NCBI RefSeq assembly: GCF_001194135.2
Contig: NC_068990.1
Coordinates: 69,971,820-70,035,819 of the forward strand
Direction of reading: 5' to 3'
Length of the DNA stretch: 64,000 nt
Source: Octopus bimaculoides
Lineage: Eukaryota
Both the position numbers and the translations under genes were made by a program. This document shows positions 12,531-25,029 of this stretch, piece after piece. How positions within the stretch are numbered: the stretch's first letter is position 1; every line of letters begins with the position of its first letter. The notes under the pieces were generated by a model. The model was not told where the DNA came from. It ran no database searches and saw only the letters and a program-made list of their open reading frames with translations.

Positions 12531-14517
12531 ACAAGTATATGTTATTTAATAAAAGACCATAGGTTGCAGTACAGCATTTTCTGCAAGCAAATACAGAGGA
12601 ATATTTTCTCCAAGAAAATATGTGTCACATTGTCATTTAAATACCAAAAATAGTGTGTGGGGTGTTGTTGATATACTGATTTGTCAAAATGGGTCTTAAC
12701 AATAATTTATTGGGAACCATTAATGTGGGGACTTCTTTGTTGCTTCATTTGCATATTTCATTGATTGAAGTTCCGGTACCATTTAACTATCTCCTCCATA
12801 ACCTAATATAGTACAACCAAGAACTCTGAAACAGATGTGACAGTTTCCATATTTGTGCCATAAGGAAAAATTTGTACAATAGAATTGAAATTCATTTCCA
12901 TCAATACCATATGGTAGTTATTTGTGTCAAAGAGAATGCCACTATGTAGTTGGTTGACTGACAAAGAATAGGAGTCAAATGCCCCCATCCCAATTGCACA
13001 CAGTCATCTTCAAAAAGGTGCACTGTATTATGTAGACACTAGGATGACAAAAAATCATATATTATTGTCAATTATCCAACAACTTGATCAATATTTACAA
13101 CAAATCTGATGCTAACTCATAATTCTATAACGTTTTAACCTAAAGATGTTGTCACTAATCTCAGCATAGATCAAAGAGTAGAATATGTAACAACACACAC
13201 CATACATTACACTGAAAGATCACTAGCTAATTTATCTAGTAAGCCTAAATGTAGGCTAAAGGTCAATTAACCCTGTTAAATCTGAGATAGATATAATTAG
13301 TGAGGATAACAGAGATTCAATGATACTTAAGACAAAAATATGTAACTTATTTTCCATTATGGAACAACAACAGTTATTAACAAACAATTTAAAATGCATA
13401 GAATTTGATATTGGATTCCAACCTTGTATATATATATATATATATATATGCTCCTTCCTTTCAAAACTGAACTTAAGCCAACAACATATTTGTTGGTTTT
13501 ATTTTTATGTTTGGAGACATTAGAGTCTGTTGAATATAACATTTTATCTTTGAAGCTAGTACTACAAAGTGTCAAGTTATATAATGAGAAGGCCTGACGA
13601 ATGTGGTCTCAGCTGAAGATAAAAGTGATATGCACTTACCAATGCTGGGTGCTAAATTTCTTTGAAGAGTAGGTGGGGTAGAATTATTATTTACATAAAA
13701 TAGCCTTTCATGGGATTTTTGATAAGGGTAGGATTTATTAGTCATTAATAAAGTTAAAGTGACAGTCAAAATATTTAACAAGTTTAAAGGTTGGTGTCTA
13801 CATGGGAACATATGGAAAACCAAGTAAGTTTCATTGCTTTTGTGAAAATCTAGGAAGTCTTATCAAAATCAAAACAAATTGACAGAAAGAAACACAGACA
13901 AAGAAACAATGGGACTATTTTATGTGTATGATGATCACAATCACCTGAAGATTGGCAATGAGAGATACACACAGAGTAATGATTTGTGAAGTTTCAGCTT
14001 CAATAAAATACATATATGTATGCCTGTGCATGTGTGTGTGTGTGTGTGTGTGTGTATGCATATACATATGTATATACACACAGACAGACACACATATATA
14101 TATGCATATTTATATAAATATGTACATAAATATACATACACACAAACACATTCATGCATATACATAGATATATGCAAGGAGATGAGTATTTATACTTGTA
14201 TGTATGCGTGAGTAATGACTTCATTAAAAAAAAGAAAAAAATTAAGAAGGGATGGTAGCCACACAGAAATTGTGTTCTATGGACATTGAACTAGGAAAAC
14301 TGTAATCATATCAACATTGAAGTTTTGATCACATATTGGTCATAAAATAGGTATAATGGTTTATGAACAAAAATAACTGGGTAGGAATAGATTACAGATA
14401 TCTGAGTGACATAATTACTTACTTCTCTCTTTCTCTGTTTATCTATCTAGACAGATAGATAGACAAACAGATAAGTATACACATGTGCTCATATAAAAAA
14501 ACAAAACTGTATATATG

Positions 14518-14594
<77 letters not shown>

Positions 14595-15205
14595 TCAACA
14601 TTTACAGAAGGGTACCCATATATGAGTTGTTTGAATAACGCATAAGCTGGAATTTAATCAATGAACCACAAGCAGACTATGCATCATGTAAATGGCTGGG
14701 AACCCATTACTAAGTGAACTGAAATTTGAGAAACAAACCACTAGTTGACTATGAATGAATAAGTGGCTGGAAAAGTGTGTATAAATTAGTTCATTAATGT
14801 CTATCTATGCATTTCATGCAGCTTGCAAATTTTCATATTTTCTAATGAAAATATTGAGACTTCTTATATTTTTTGGTAAAGTTCTAACTGTAGATCAACA
14901 AGAAGTAAGACAAAAGAAAATACACACACACACATATATGTATTTACTATTGATGGATGGACAAATAATATTCTATTTCATACCTTTATGTGGACTCTGA
15001 GTGTGGTTTGGAATGGATTATCTTATTTATATGTACTTCAATTAATCAAGCTATGAACAATTTGATTAATGAACAGGACTCCAGAATATATGCACAGCCA
15101 CTACTGTACATATATAAAACTATAAATAAGAGTACATTCCAGCTATGCAGATGATTAACTGAACCTTTTGCACTTAAAGAAAGTTAGCAATACCTCATGC
15201 ATGCA

Positions 15206-15301
<96 letters not shown>

Positions 15302-16089
15302 CACATATTTATATAAATAAATACACATATTTAAACACACACATACACACATATATACATACATACTTGCATATCTCCCCCACTAACAAACTATTGGTTT
15401 CGTTTGTCATATGGTTTGTGAAAATATTTATGGCAATATCTTCTTTATTTCAACAAAAAATTATTAATAAATATTTCAGTGATAATTTCAGAAAATTTTT
15501 TCCTTCTTTACAGTAGAATAACAAACTGAAACATTTTGTACAGTTTGGCCTTTGTTTCCACTTGGAGTAAATATAAATATATATATTTTACGACTGTTTC
15601 CTGGGGAAGCTCAATAGAACTAGCATTCATTATATTTATCCATTTGAGTGACATTGTGTTTTTAAATACAATCTGTATTGCTGAGTCGTTGAAAATATAG
15701 CAAACCATTTAGTTTTGAATGAGGTGGTGGACACTGATGGTGTCATGTGATATCAGTTTCATTCTTTTGCCCTGTCACGCGTCCTACCTGATGTTAGGGT
15801 ATTTTTTTTTCCATTTACAACACTCTCTGCTGACATATATCTCTCCCTTTGCTCAACAATTGGAAGAGATTTATCCATTATTTCTATAAGAGAATAGTCT
15901 CTATTATTTTGCAGCTAATTCACTGACTGTAATTCTTTAAAGAATTTCTTTCATTTTCTTTTTTTGCCTTATGATATGCATGTGTGTGTCAACAAACTGT
16001 GTACGGTTGGCGCCTGTCATTAAATATATGTTGTCAAATGCCAGCTGAAATTCATTTGTGTGTGTGTGTGAATATATGTAATGTATGTC

Positions 16090-16125
<36 letters not shown>

Positions 16126-17376
16126 NNNNNNNNNNNNNNNNNNNNNNNNNNNNNNNNNNNNNNNNNNNNNNNNNNNNNNNNNNNNNNNNNNNNNNNNNNN
16201 NNNNNNNNNNNNNNNNNNNNNNNNNAACTTTAAAATACACAGTAAAAGAAATATACTTTTTAAATTATCATTTGCGTCCCTAATTATAGATGCAAATTAC
16301 ATTGCAGGTGTTACATAAGTCGTTTTTGATGACTGTGGTAGGTGAAAGGTTAAACAATATATACGTGTGTGAGTGTGTTATTGATTACAATTGACACCAG
16401 TGTGTATATACCTCTGTTCTTTGATATTTTATGCACCCTGAATCTGACAGAACATTTAATGTCTAACTCCATATTCCCATTTCAGCCAATGCTGGCAGAG
16501 ACAATGAGGGAACCCATATAGATCAATCAACTTGCTAGAAATAGAAGCCAAACCTCCCTAAAATCACATACTATCTTTTAGAAAAAAAAGGATGCATTAG
16601 CTAATGTGGTCATAAATACCTCTAAAAAGTGGTATGGTTATGGTCAGTATGTGTTTGATACACAGATCTTATAAAATTAAATGTAGAAAGGATGTGTGTG
16701 TTACAGTTGTCACCTACTCTTCCCTGTCTTCCCTACTTACCATCAACATGTTCAGTATTCACCCTCTCACCCCATCTTGAACAACCACTCACTCTCCTAC
16801 ACATTGCAACCTCTTCCCACCTACACTTTCTGTCCTTCTGTCCCCATTCACTTCTACTCACCTTGTACCTATAGGCTCCATCCTAATACCTCATCACCAT
16901 TATTTTGTCTCTTTCCAGCTCCACCCTTGTCACTCCCATCCAATTTTCTCTAATGGGAGTAGTTATGTAGTTGCTCTACAGCAAGAACCCGGTCTTGTTC
17001 TGGTCCCTTTTTTTCATAGTCTTTCTTCAATACATTTTACTGAAGTGGCATTGAGAGAATCACTAACTAGAATGTGGAATAAGCATAAAATATTGGCTTA
17101 TTATTTGGTTTTAATAAATCACCAGGGTAAATCGTTCTGAAACACAATGACGGTCAATTGCTAAGTTAGTGCCAACACTGATATATTGTTAGCGAGAATA
17201 CTCACTGAACATAGCAATGCTTGGTTTGAAATTTTTAATGAATGTAAAGGTTTAAGTTATTGTTTATCATCAGGAATATTTACTCATCACTTGGTCACAT
17301 CATGGCCATGGGGTCAGCTAATGTCACAGAGTATCACATTCTTTCCTGTATCAGTTCTATTTCTCATGCGAGTGTA

Positions 17377-17416
<40 letters not shown>

Positions 17417-17606
17417 ATTTTAAAGTCTATTTATCCAAACTTGCATAGGTCACAGAAGAGTACATTTGGACTGAGTTTTTGACAACCAGCGTTCCTTCTT
17501 CTCATCAAACATTACTTGCTTCCATGCAAGGGGAAAGTCTTTCAGTCTATCAAACAAAAACAGCTTGGACATTTTTACACAGAGAGCTGAAAACGTGTAT
17601 GTGTGC

Positions 17607-17642
<36 letters not shown>

Positions 17643-18059
17643 CAGAATATAATACATATACATGTATAATATATGCATATAATATTTTTATACGTTATAT
17701 ATNNNNNNNNNNNNNNNNNNNNNNNNNNNNNNNNNNNNNNNNNNNNNNNNNNNNNNNNNNNNNNNNNNNNNNNNNNNNNNNNNNNNNNNNNNNNNNNNNN
17801 NNNNNNNNNNNNNNNNNNNNNNNNNNNNNNNNNNNNNNNNNNNNNNNNNNNNNNNNNNNNNNNNNNNNNNNNNNNNNNNNNNNNNNNNNNNNNNNNNNNN
17901 NNNNNNNNNNNNNNNNNNNNNNNNNNNNNNNNNNNNNNNNNNNNNNNNNNACACACACTTAAGTAAAAGCACATTTTGCACTTCATACAGACATATGACT
18001 ATACGCAATAGTAAGAAAAACCCAAATAGTGTAGTTATACAAACAAAGTCACAAAATCA

Positions 18060-18860
18060 TCTTTAATTAGGTTTTATTTTTTTTATTTTCTATTAATTAA
18101 TTCATCCAATTTTATTTTCTTCATTCTATGAGTTTTTTTGTTTTTTTTCAATTGATTCTTTTTCATTTATTATTATTTTTTATTAATTAAATGTTTCATT
18201 TTCTTCCCACAAAAATAGACTGCAATCTTTGTGTGTGTTTATGAGTGTTTGTATATGTGTATGTCTATGTCTGTGTGTATGCAAGTGTTGGTGTGTGTGT
18301 AATTTATGAGTTTTAAAGATGACCATGATAACATACATGATGGTTCTGATGTTATTGTTCTTCTATTCCTTTTTCTTTTTTCTCTTCACCTTTTTAACAT
18401 CCTAGTTTTACACTCAACTTACTTTTTCATTCATTTCCTTTTTTTTATAACCTTTAAAAGACTGAAAATATAGAAACTATTTTTTTTTTTTTTTTTTTTT
18501 TTTTGTGGTGTGGGTTGTTTGTCTCGTTTACAGTTTTTTTTTGTTTTTTTTTTAGGTGAGTTCTGTTTTTCTCCATTTGGTTGAAAAGAGGCAGGAGCAA
18601 GACTTGAAGGATAACTGTATGTTTTGATAATCCTAAACAGATCCAGTGTAATTCCCAGTAATTTACTAAATCTGGTCCCTATCTGGGAAGTCCTTTTTTT
18701 TTTTGTTATTGTCATTTTTATTTTGTAACTACTATTATTAGTTTTTCTGTAATTTTTGTTATTTATTCAATACATCATTTTTTTATTATTGTTTTGTTTC
18801 TTGTGCATTTATTTTGTTATTGTTTTATGAAACTAATTTATCTCACTGATTAGATTTATT
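18060..18860. repeat. T-rich low-complexity tract
   Basis: Strong plus-strand T skew with poly-T runs at about 18480-18553. Confidence 0.8.
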
Positions 18861-19377
18861 TAGCATATTCACACGACTAACTTTAATTAACCCCTTGCTG
18901 TTATTTTACCAATTTATCTTTATTAACTTCTCACCTACCCCATTCAGTTAATTAATATAGTTAGTTGACACTTTTCCCTCACAATCTCTCCCAGTTCCTT
19001 CAGAGGAACTCCTAAATATTACGAAAGACTTAGTTGAAATGAATAGCTGTTGTTGCTGACCTTTTTACAGGGTAAAACTGAGTAACTTGTGAGGTATCAT
19101 TATTATGAGAAGGCAGAAGATGCTCAGCCAAGTATGGCACAAAGACCAATAAGTCTTTCTGCAGTGAAAGCCGCAGCAATGAGGTGGGCATTGAAGGCGA
19201 GGTAAAGCTTGTTGAGGACTGTGGAGGAGAGGACTTTGACAAATATAAGTCTGGCCAGGGAGCTGACTCCATCCATGGTAGGGGTTGTGACTCAGTTGGT
19301 TGGGGATGTCTCTACACTGAATGCTTCACCGGGAAATGGGGGAAACAAAGACTAATAACAGTAATAATAATAATAAT

Positions 19378-19810
19378 AATGATTTCAAATTTTGCCACAA
19401 GGGCAGCAATTTTTGGGGAGAGGATGAGTTGATTGCATCAACTCCAGTGTTTAACTGGTACTTATTTTATCAACCCCCAAAAGTAAAGTAACCTTGGCAG
19501 AATTTAAACTCAGAACATAACAATGGGCAAAATACCCCGAAGCATTTCATCCCGCATGCTAACAATTCTGCCAGCTCACCACCCTAATAATATAATAGAA
19601 TGTTGACACAAAGTCAGCAGTTTTAGAAAGGGGTTAGTCAGTTACAACAACCCCCAGTGTTTAACTGGGTTTTTTTTTCTTGACCCCAAAAACAATGAAA
19701 GGCAAAATCAACCATGTTAGGATTAGAGCCCAAAATGTAAAGATTCAAAAGAAAAGCTGCTAAGCATTTTGTTCAGCACACTAATGATTCTTCCAATTCA
19801 CAGTCTTAAT
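19378..19810 (-). mobile_element. Two tandem SINE family C copies
   Basis: Two successive reverse-complement matches to 26050-26278 (about 19378-19590 and 19595-19810). Confidence 0.75.
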
Positions 19811-20011
19811 AATAATGATAACAACAACAACAACAATAATAATATGATGATGTAAAGGAGGATTTCTTACATGTTCACAAGACCACAAATTTACAAGGGA
19901 GTGACAATACCTATCACTCCCTTATAAGTCAGTAGATTTGACCTTCACTGTATACACAATATTTATCAACTCTCTAGAAATCAGTAGCAAATTTAACTCC
20001 ATTTCATTATC

Positions 20012-20405
20012 ATTCATCATCATCATCATCATTTAGCATCTGTTGTCCATGCTGGCATGGGTTGGACAGTATGACCACAGCTGGCAAGCTGAGGGGCTGC
20101 ACCAGACTCCAGTCTGATTTGGCATGGTTTCTATGGCTGGGTGCTCTTCCTAACACCAACCACTTTACAGAGTCTGCTGGGTGCTTTTACATGGCACTGC
20201 ACAGACACTTTTATATGGCACTGCATGGATGCTTTTATGTGACACTGCTACGGGTGCTTTACAGCACCAGAAGGATTGGCCTTAACACTTCTGCTGTGGA
20301 GTATGGGTCTTCTTGAGTACAGCCAGGTGCCAGGTATCTTGGTCCTTTGTCATCTCATTTGAAAGGTTCAGCTTCCTGAGGTTGTTCTTCAGTTCTTGCT
20401 AAAAA
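20012..20405 (-). mobile_element. RTE-tailed element with an internal tandem module array
   Basis: (CAT)n + gtccatgctggcatgggttggac, four gtgcttttacatggcactgc-like modules, then sequence resembling the RTE ORF C-terminus. Confidence 0.8.
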
Positions 20406-20684
20406 CCCTGCATTTTATTCCTAAACATAACATAATGTTGTATGTTGTGTGTTGTTTCTTTTTACCGTTTGATCCCAAATTACTTCAATATACAAGAAAG
20501 CAGATAGGTGTAATCAAGAAAAGAATGGAAACAAATTAGGACATCTGATTTTCTGGTTGACAGAGTGAGATAGTATGATGTGATCTCCCTACAATAATAA
20601 TTGTGCACTTTAGCCTTCACTAACTCTACTGCTACTGCTTTCCATTTCATATCTTTTATATATTTTGATTAATTTGCCTTCCTA

Positions 20685-20901
20685 ATTCTTTAGCATTCAG
20701 ATTACTCTGTCAAATGTAATTTTTACTTATTCTCATTTATTTTAATTAATCATGCATTATCACATAGCTTTAAGATTTTCATGGTGTGATTGTTTATTTT
20801 TAAAATAACATAGAAAGTTATGAGAGGTCAGATCTGACTGATTTGAACATGAAACAGGTAGAATATTTGGGCTTTATATGGCTGGTTTAAATGCTAAAAG
20901 G
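20685..20901 (+). mobile_element. piggyBac-like MITE (about 220 bp), decayed ends
   Basis: Collinear with 56298-56517; ends tttagcatt ... aatgctaaaagg. Confidence 0.65.
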
Positions 20902-21118
20902 TCGAAAGTTTCATAATTCTCTAGTAGTTTCAAATTCTGATTTAGTAAGAACACTGAATGCTTCAGATGACAAGAATTATTTAGTAAAATTTACATCAGT
21001 CTGAAATTAGATTTATTACTATTTCATTCTAATTTTATTCTGTCAACAGGAACACAGTAACATTTCTGGTTCCATCTCTGAGATTTTCAAAGAAATTACT
21101 CGTATTTAGCAAACCCTC

Positions 21119-21167
21119 ATGAACATTCTTGCTACTGCAGTATTTCTCATTTTTCAAATATTTTTTG
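21119..21167 (+). CDS. Candidate first coding segment (signal-peptide-like MNILATAVFLIFQIFF) in a putative exon 21050-21167
   Basis: Acceptor ttctaattttattctgtcaacag|G at 21049/21050 and donor TTG|GTAAGA at 21167/21168. ATG at 21119 gives 16 mostly hydrophobic codons and a phase-1 end. No homology recognised. Confidence 0.3.
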
Positions 21168-21735
21168 GTAAGACAAGAACAACGTTCACACAACTATGCA
21201 GCTTCTTTTTTCACAAGAACACTTCAGCAGTTGGAGTGAAAAATATTGGCATTTGAACAGAGAAAAATTCAATGAATAATCCTTTCTGTGGTTTAGCAGA
21301 GAGACAGAAAGAAAAAAATAAGTCAAAAAGGGAGAGTTAGAAAGCAAAAAGAGAGAGTTAGAAAGCAAAAAGAGAAATAAAGACACAGAGCGAAAGATGA
21401 TCATTGAAGTGGTTTAGACATTTTATGAAAATGTTTTGTTTAAGTAAAAATAATTGTCAAGGAGCTGATTTCTTTAGCAAATTTTTAGTAGGCTTGGACC
21501 GGTTGTAATCGAGGTAAACTGATGTCAACTCAGTAAAATACCTGTCTAGAGGTACCATCCAATAGCTGTTTCCTCTCCTTGGTCCAATGAGACTATGGTT
21601 AGAAATGTTCTGGTGTTATTCTTCACAACCAGAAGGTTTCTGGTCGCCATTCAAATTTCATCAAGACCAACTTAAAGCATCATCACTGAAACAAAATAAA
21701 CGATGTTGATTACTTATTCAGCTGCATAATTCAAA

Positions 21736-22570
21736 TTTAACCTTTTTGTTACAATATTTCTGTTGAAATACAATACCCATGTTTTAATTAATTTTGGGAA
21801 TAATGAAGAATTTAGTCAAATAACTTATTATTCAACTGGTGTTTGGAACATAAATTAACATGAAATTTTGATGGCAGATTTTAAATTAGAGCACATTAAC
21901 ACTTTTGTTACTATATTTCTGTTGAAATACACTGCTTTGTTTCAATTAATTTAGAAAATGAAGAATTTTTAAAGTGCAGGAGTGGCTGTGTGGTAAGTAG
22001 CTTGCTTACCAACCACATGGTTCTGGGTTCAGTCCCACTGCGTGGCACCTTGGGCAAGTGTCTTCTACTATAGCCTCAGGCCAACCAAAGCCCTGTGAGT
22101 GGATTTGGTAGGTGGAAACTGAAAGAAACTCATCATATATATGTATACATATATATATATGTGTTTGTGTGTCTGTGTTTGTCCCCCCAACATTGCTTGA
22201 CAACTGATGCTGGTATGTTTACATATCTGTAACTTAGTGGTTCAGCAAAAGAGACAGATAGAATAAGTACTAGGCTTACAAAGAATAAATCCTGGGGTTG
22301 ATTTGTATGACAAAAGGCGGTGTTCCAGCATGGCCGCAGTCAAATGACTGAAACAAGTAAAAGAGTAAAACAACTTTGTCATTCTGTTGTGTCTGGGGAG
22401 AGTCATTCTCTTTTAGTGTCTTATAATTTAACACACTCACCAGTAAAATTTCCACTTATTTTTTTTCTATTTTTCTAAAATTTTTGTTGCATCTTGCAAC
22501 CTTTTCAATTGAAAGGTTGCAAGAGACAACGAAAATTTTAGAAAATTAAAAAAGAAATCAGTGAAAATAC
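21736..22570. mobile_element. Unclassified AT-rich DNA element with a duplicated 5' module, interrupted by a SINE and ending in a long palindrome
   Basis: Module ttaac(c)ttt(t)gtt..atatttctgttgaaatac repeats at about 21737 and 21896; a related copy lies at 33176. The host sequence resumes after the SINE at 22370. Confidence 0.5.
21974..22369 (+). mobile_element. SINE family A, near full length and young
   Basis: A-box-like TGGCTGTGTGG, B-box-like GGTTCAGTCC, internal (TA)/(TG) tract, 3' end cagcatggccgcagtcaaatgactgaaacaagtaaaagagtaaaa. Confidence 0.9.
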
Positions 22571-22759
22571 AACAGAATATCCTTCAACACACGAACTCAC
22601 ATAAAGAATCTTGCCAACCAAATCCCAAAACGAAACTTTGCCATTAAGCTGGTGATATGAAATTTTGATGAAAGCCTTTTTAGATGACTTTCAAACAGGG
22701 AATTTGCATCACATAATCAGAAATCTCAGATAGGTTGGTATCAAAAGAGTCAGCAAAGT

Positions 22760-22905
22760 GGTGAATAAAGTAAGTTATTAGTGTCAAGTAATTGCTTTGC
22801 AGTATAGTTTCCAGCTCTCTGTGTTCTGAGCTCAAATCCTGTCAAGGTCAACTTTGCCTTTCATCCAAGGCTACTAAATAAACTAGCAGTCATCTACTGG
22901 TGTTG
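22760..22905 (+). mobile_element. SINE family C, degraded
   Basis: gttctgagctcaaatcc..aggtcaactttgcctttcatcc. Confidence 0.6.
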
Positions 22906-22914
22906 ACTGAAGTC

Positions 22915-23060
<146 letters not shown>

Positions 23061-23642
23061 AAGACATCTGTTGTAATCAAAGGTAGAAAGAGATGAGCTC
23101 CAGCAGGTCTAAAAATGCCCCAAAGTATGTTGTTTATGATGACTGTGCCCCTACAACTTAATCATGAGTTGAGGACCCAAGGCAATACTTCAACATAGAA
23201 AATTAACCTGATTCTAAATCCAAAAATAGCATTATTTACCTTGGAGAAATGAAATTCAAAAGTAACTGACTAAAGGAACAAACCCATGGGTACAAACGAT
23301 GGGCCCGCACTGCCATCAACTATTGTTTTTTTTTTAATTTAGAGAAGACAGGTAAGTTCATTTGTCTTGTGAAAAGATGTTTCATGCATAATTAGAAATA
23401 AACTGCTATTCCCACTGACATACTTGGCATCAGAATAATGGCTCAATGAGGGGGAAACTTGGGTTTGGCAGCAGGATTCTAGAGATAGTCTTGGGTAAGT
23501 TACTACTCACAGGAAATCATATTAATTACCCAAGGGTATAATCATAACCATCACCTTGCTCTTTCCCTTTGTTTTATATGTGTGTGGGTGCACATGTGTA
23601 TGTTTGTGTGTGTATATGTATATATATATATGTGTGTGTGTG

Positions 23643-23703
<61 letters not shown>

Positions 23704-23921
23704 NNNNNNNNNNNNNNNNNNNNNNNNNNNNNNNNNNNNNNNNNNNNNNNNNNNNNNNNNNNNNNNNNNNNNNNNNNNNNNNNNNNNNNNNNNNNNNNNN
23801 NNNNNNNNNNNNNNNNNNNNNNNNNNNNNNNNNNNNNNNNNNNNNNNNNNNNNNNNNNNNNNNNNNNNNTATATATATATAACACACATATATATAAAAC
23901 ACATACACATGTGTGTGTACG

Positions 23922-24244
23922 TGAATGGCTATATAGTTAAGAAGTTTACTTTTCCCTAAACCGCATGGTTTCGGGTTCAGTCTCACTGTCAGCACCTTGC
24001 ACAAGTATTTTTTTTTTACCATAGCATTTGGCAGACCAAAGCTTTATGGGTAAAATAAGACCAGTGTGTGTGTGTGTTTGTTTGTGTGTTTTATACAGTT
24101 TGCACATAGATTTAGTTTACTAAATTCACTTGCAAGATATTGGTCTTGGCCTGGAACTAACATAGAAGACATGCACCCAAGGTGTGTGAAGTGGAACTGA
24201 AACTGAAACCACATGGTTGGGAAGAAAGCTTTTTTAACCACACA
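23922..24244. mobile_element. Two SINE A/B heads in inverted orientation
   Basis: Plus-strand head at about 23922-24063 and minus-strand head at about 24113-24244, separated by a (TG)-rich spacer. Confidence 0.7.
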
Positions 24245-24668
24245 TCATCATCATCATCATCATTTTAACTTTCACATTTCCATGCTTCCATGGGTAGGAC
24301 AGAGTTTATTGAGGCAGATTTTCTATAGTTAGATTCCCTTCCTGCCACTAACCCTTGCCTGTTTCCAAGCAAGGTGATGTTTCCTGATGGCGAGACATGT
24401 TTTTCACAGAATATTGGAAATGAGTGACACCACTTTTATGACAGTGACACTCATTTAGAACTATCAGGCAATGTCAGGACAAAACAATACAAACACACAA
24501 GTACACACTCCCACACACACACAATCGGCTTCTTTCAGTTTCCTTCTACCAAATCCACTCCCAAGGCTTTGATCAGTGATACAATGTGAGATTGAAAAGT
24601 GACACAATGTGGGATTGAGCTTAAAATCTCATGACTGAAAAGAAAACTTCTTAACCACACAACCATGC
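24243..24668 (-). mobile_element. SINE family B
   Basis: (CAT)n tail, core ccttgcctgtttccaagcaagg, then head remnants. Confidence 0.8.
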
Positions 24669-24977
24669 ATATTAACATTTGATAACTTCTTAGGAGGACC
24701 TTTTGAACTGTACAAGAAAGAGAACTAGCTCAATTAATAATTAGACATTCTTTTAATTTAATGAACCTATGTTTTTAATTTACCCTTTAATTCCAACCCT
24801 TTCCTTATTTCCTCACTCAATTAATTTTGATAAACAACCAAGGAATTCATTAAAGTACATGTATTAATTATTCTCCTACATCATTTTTTCTTTAGTTACT
24901 CAGAACAACCAAATTTCATGCATTGGTTTGTCAGTTAGGATGGCTTCCATATATAATATCTCTGGTGTCACCCCATG

Positions 24978-25029
<52 letters not shown>

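Noticed and set aside
12803-12988. Minus-strand ORF MGAFDSYSL.. as an exon
   Set aside because: No convincing splice sites and no recognisable domain.
18590-18690. KLLGITLD as a LINE RT motif
   Set aside because: A single short motif between poly-T runs with no neighbouring RT motifs.
21974-22050. tRNA genes
   Set aside because: The A/B-box-like motifs are SINE heads; there is no cloverleaf and they continue into SINE bodies.
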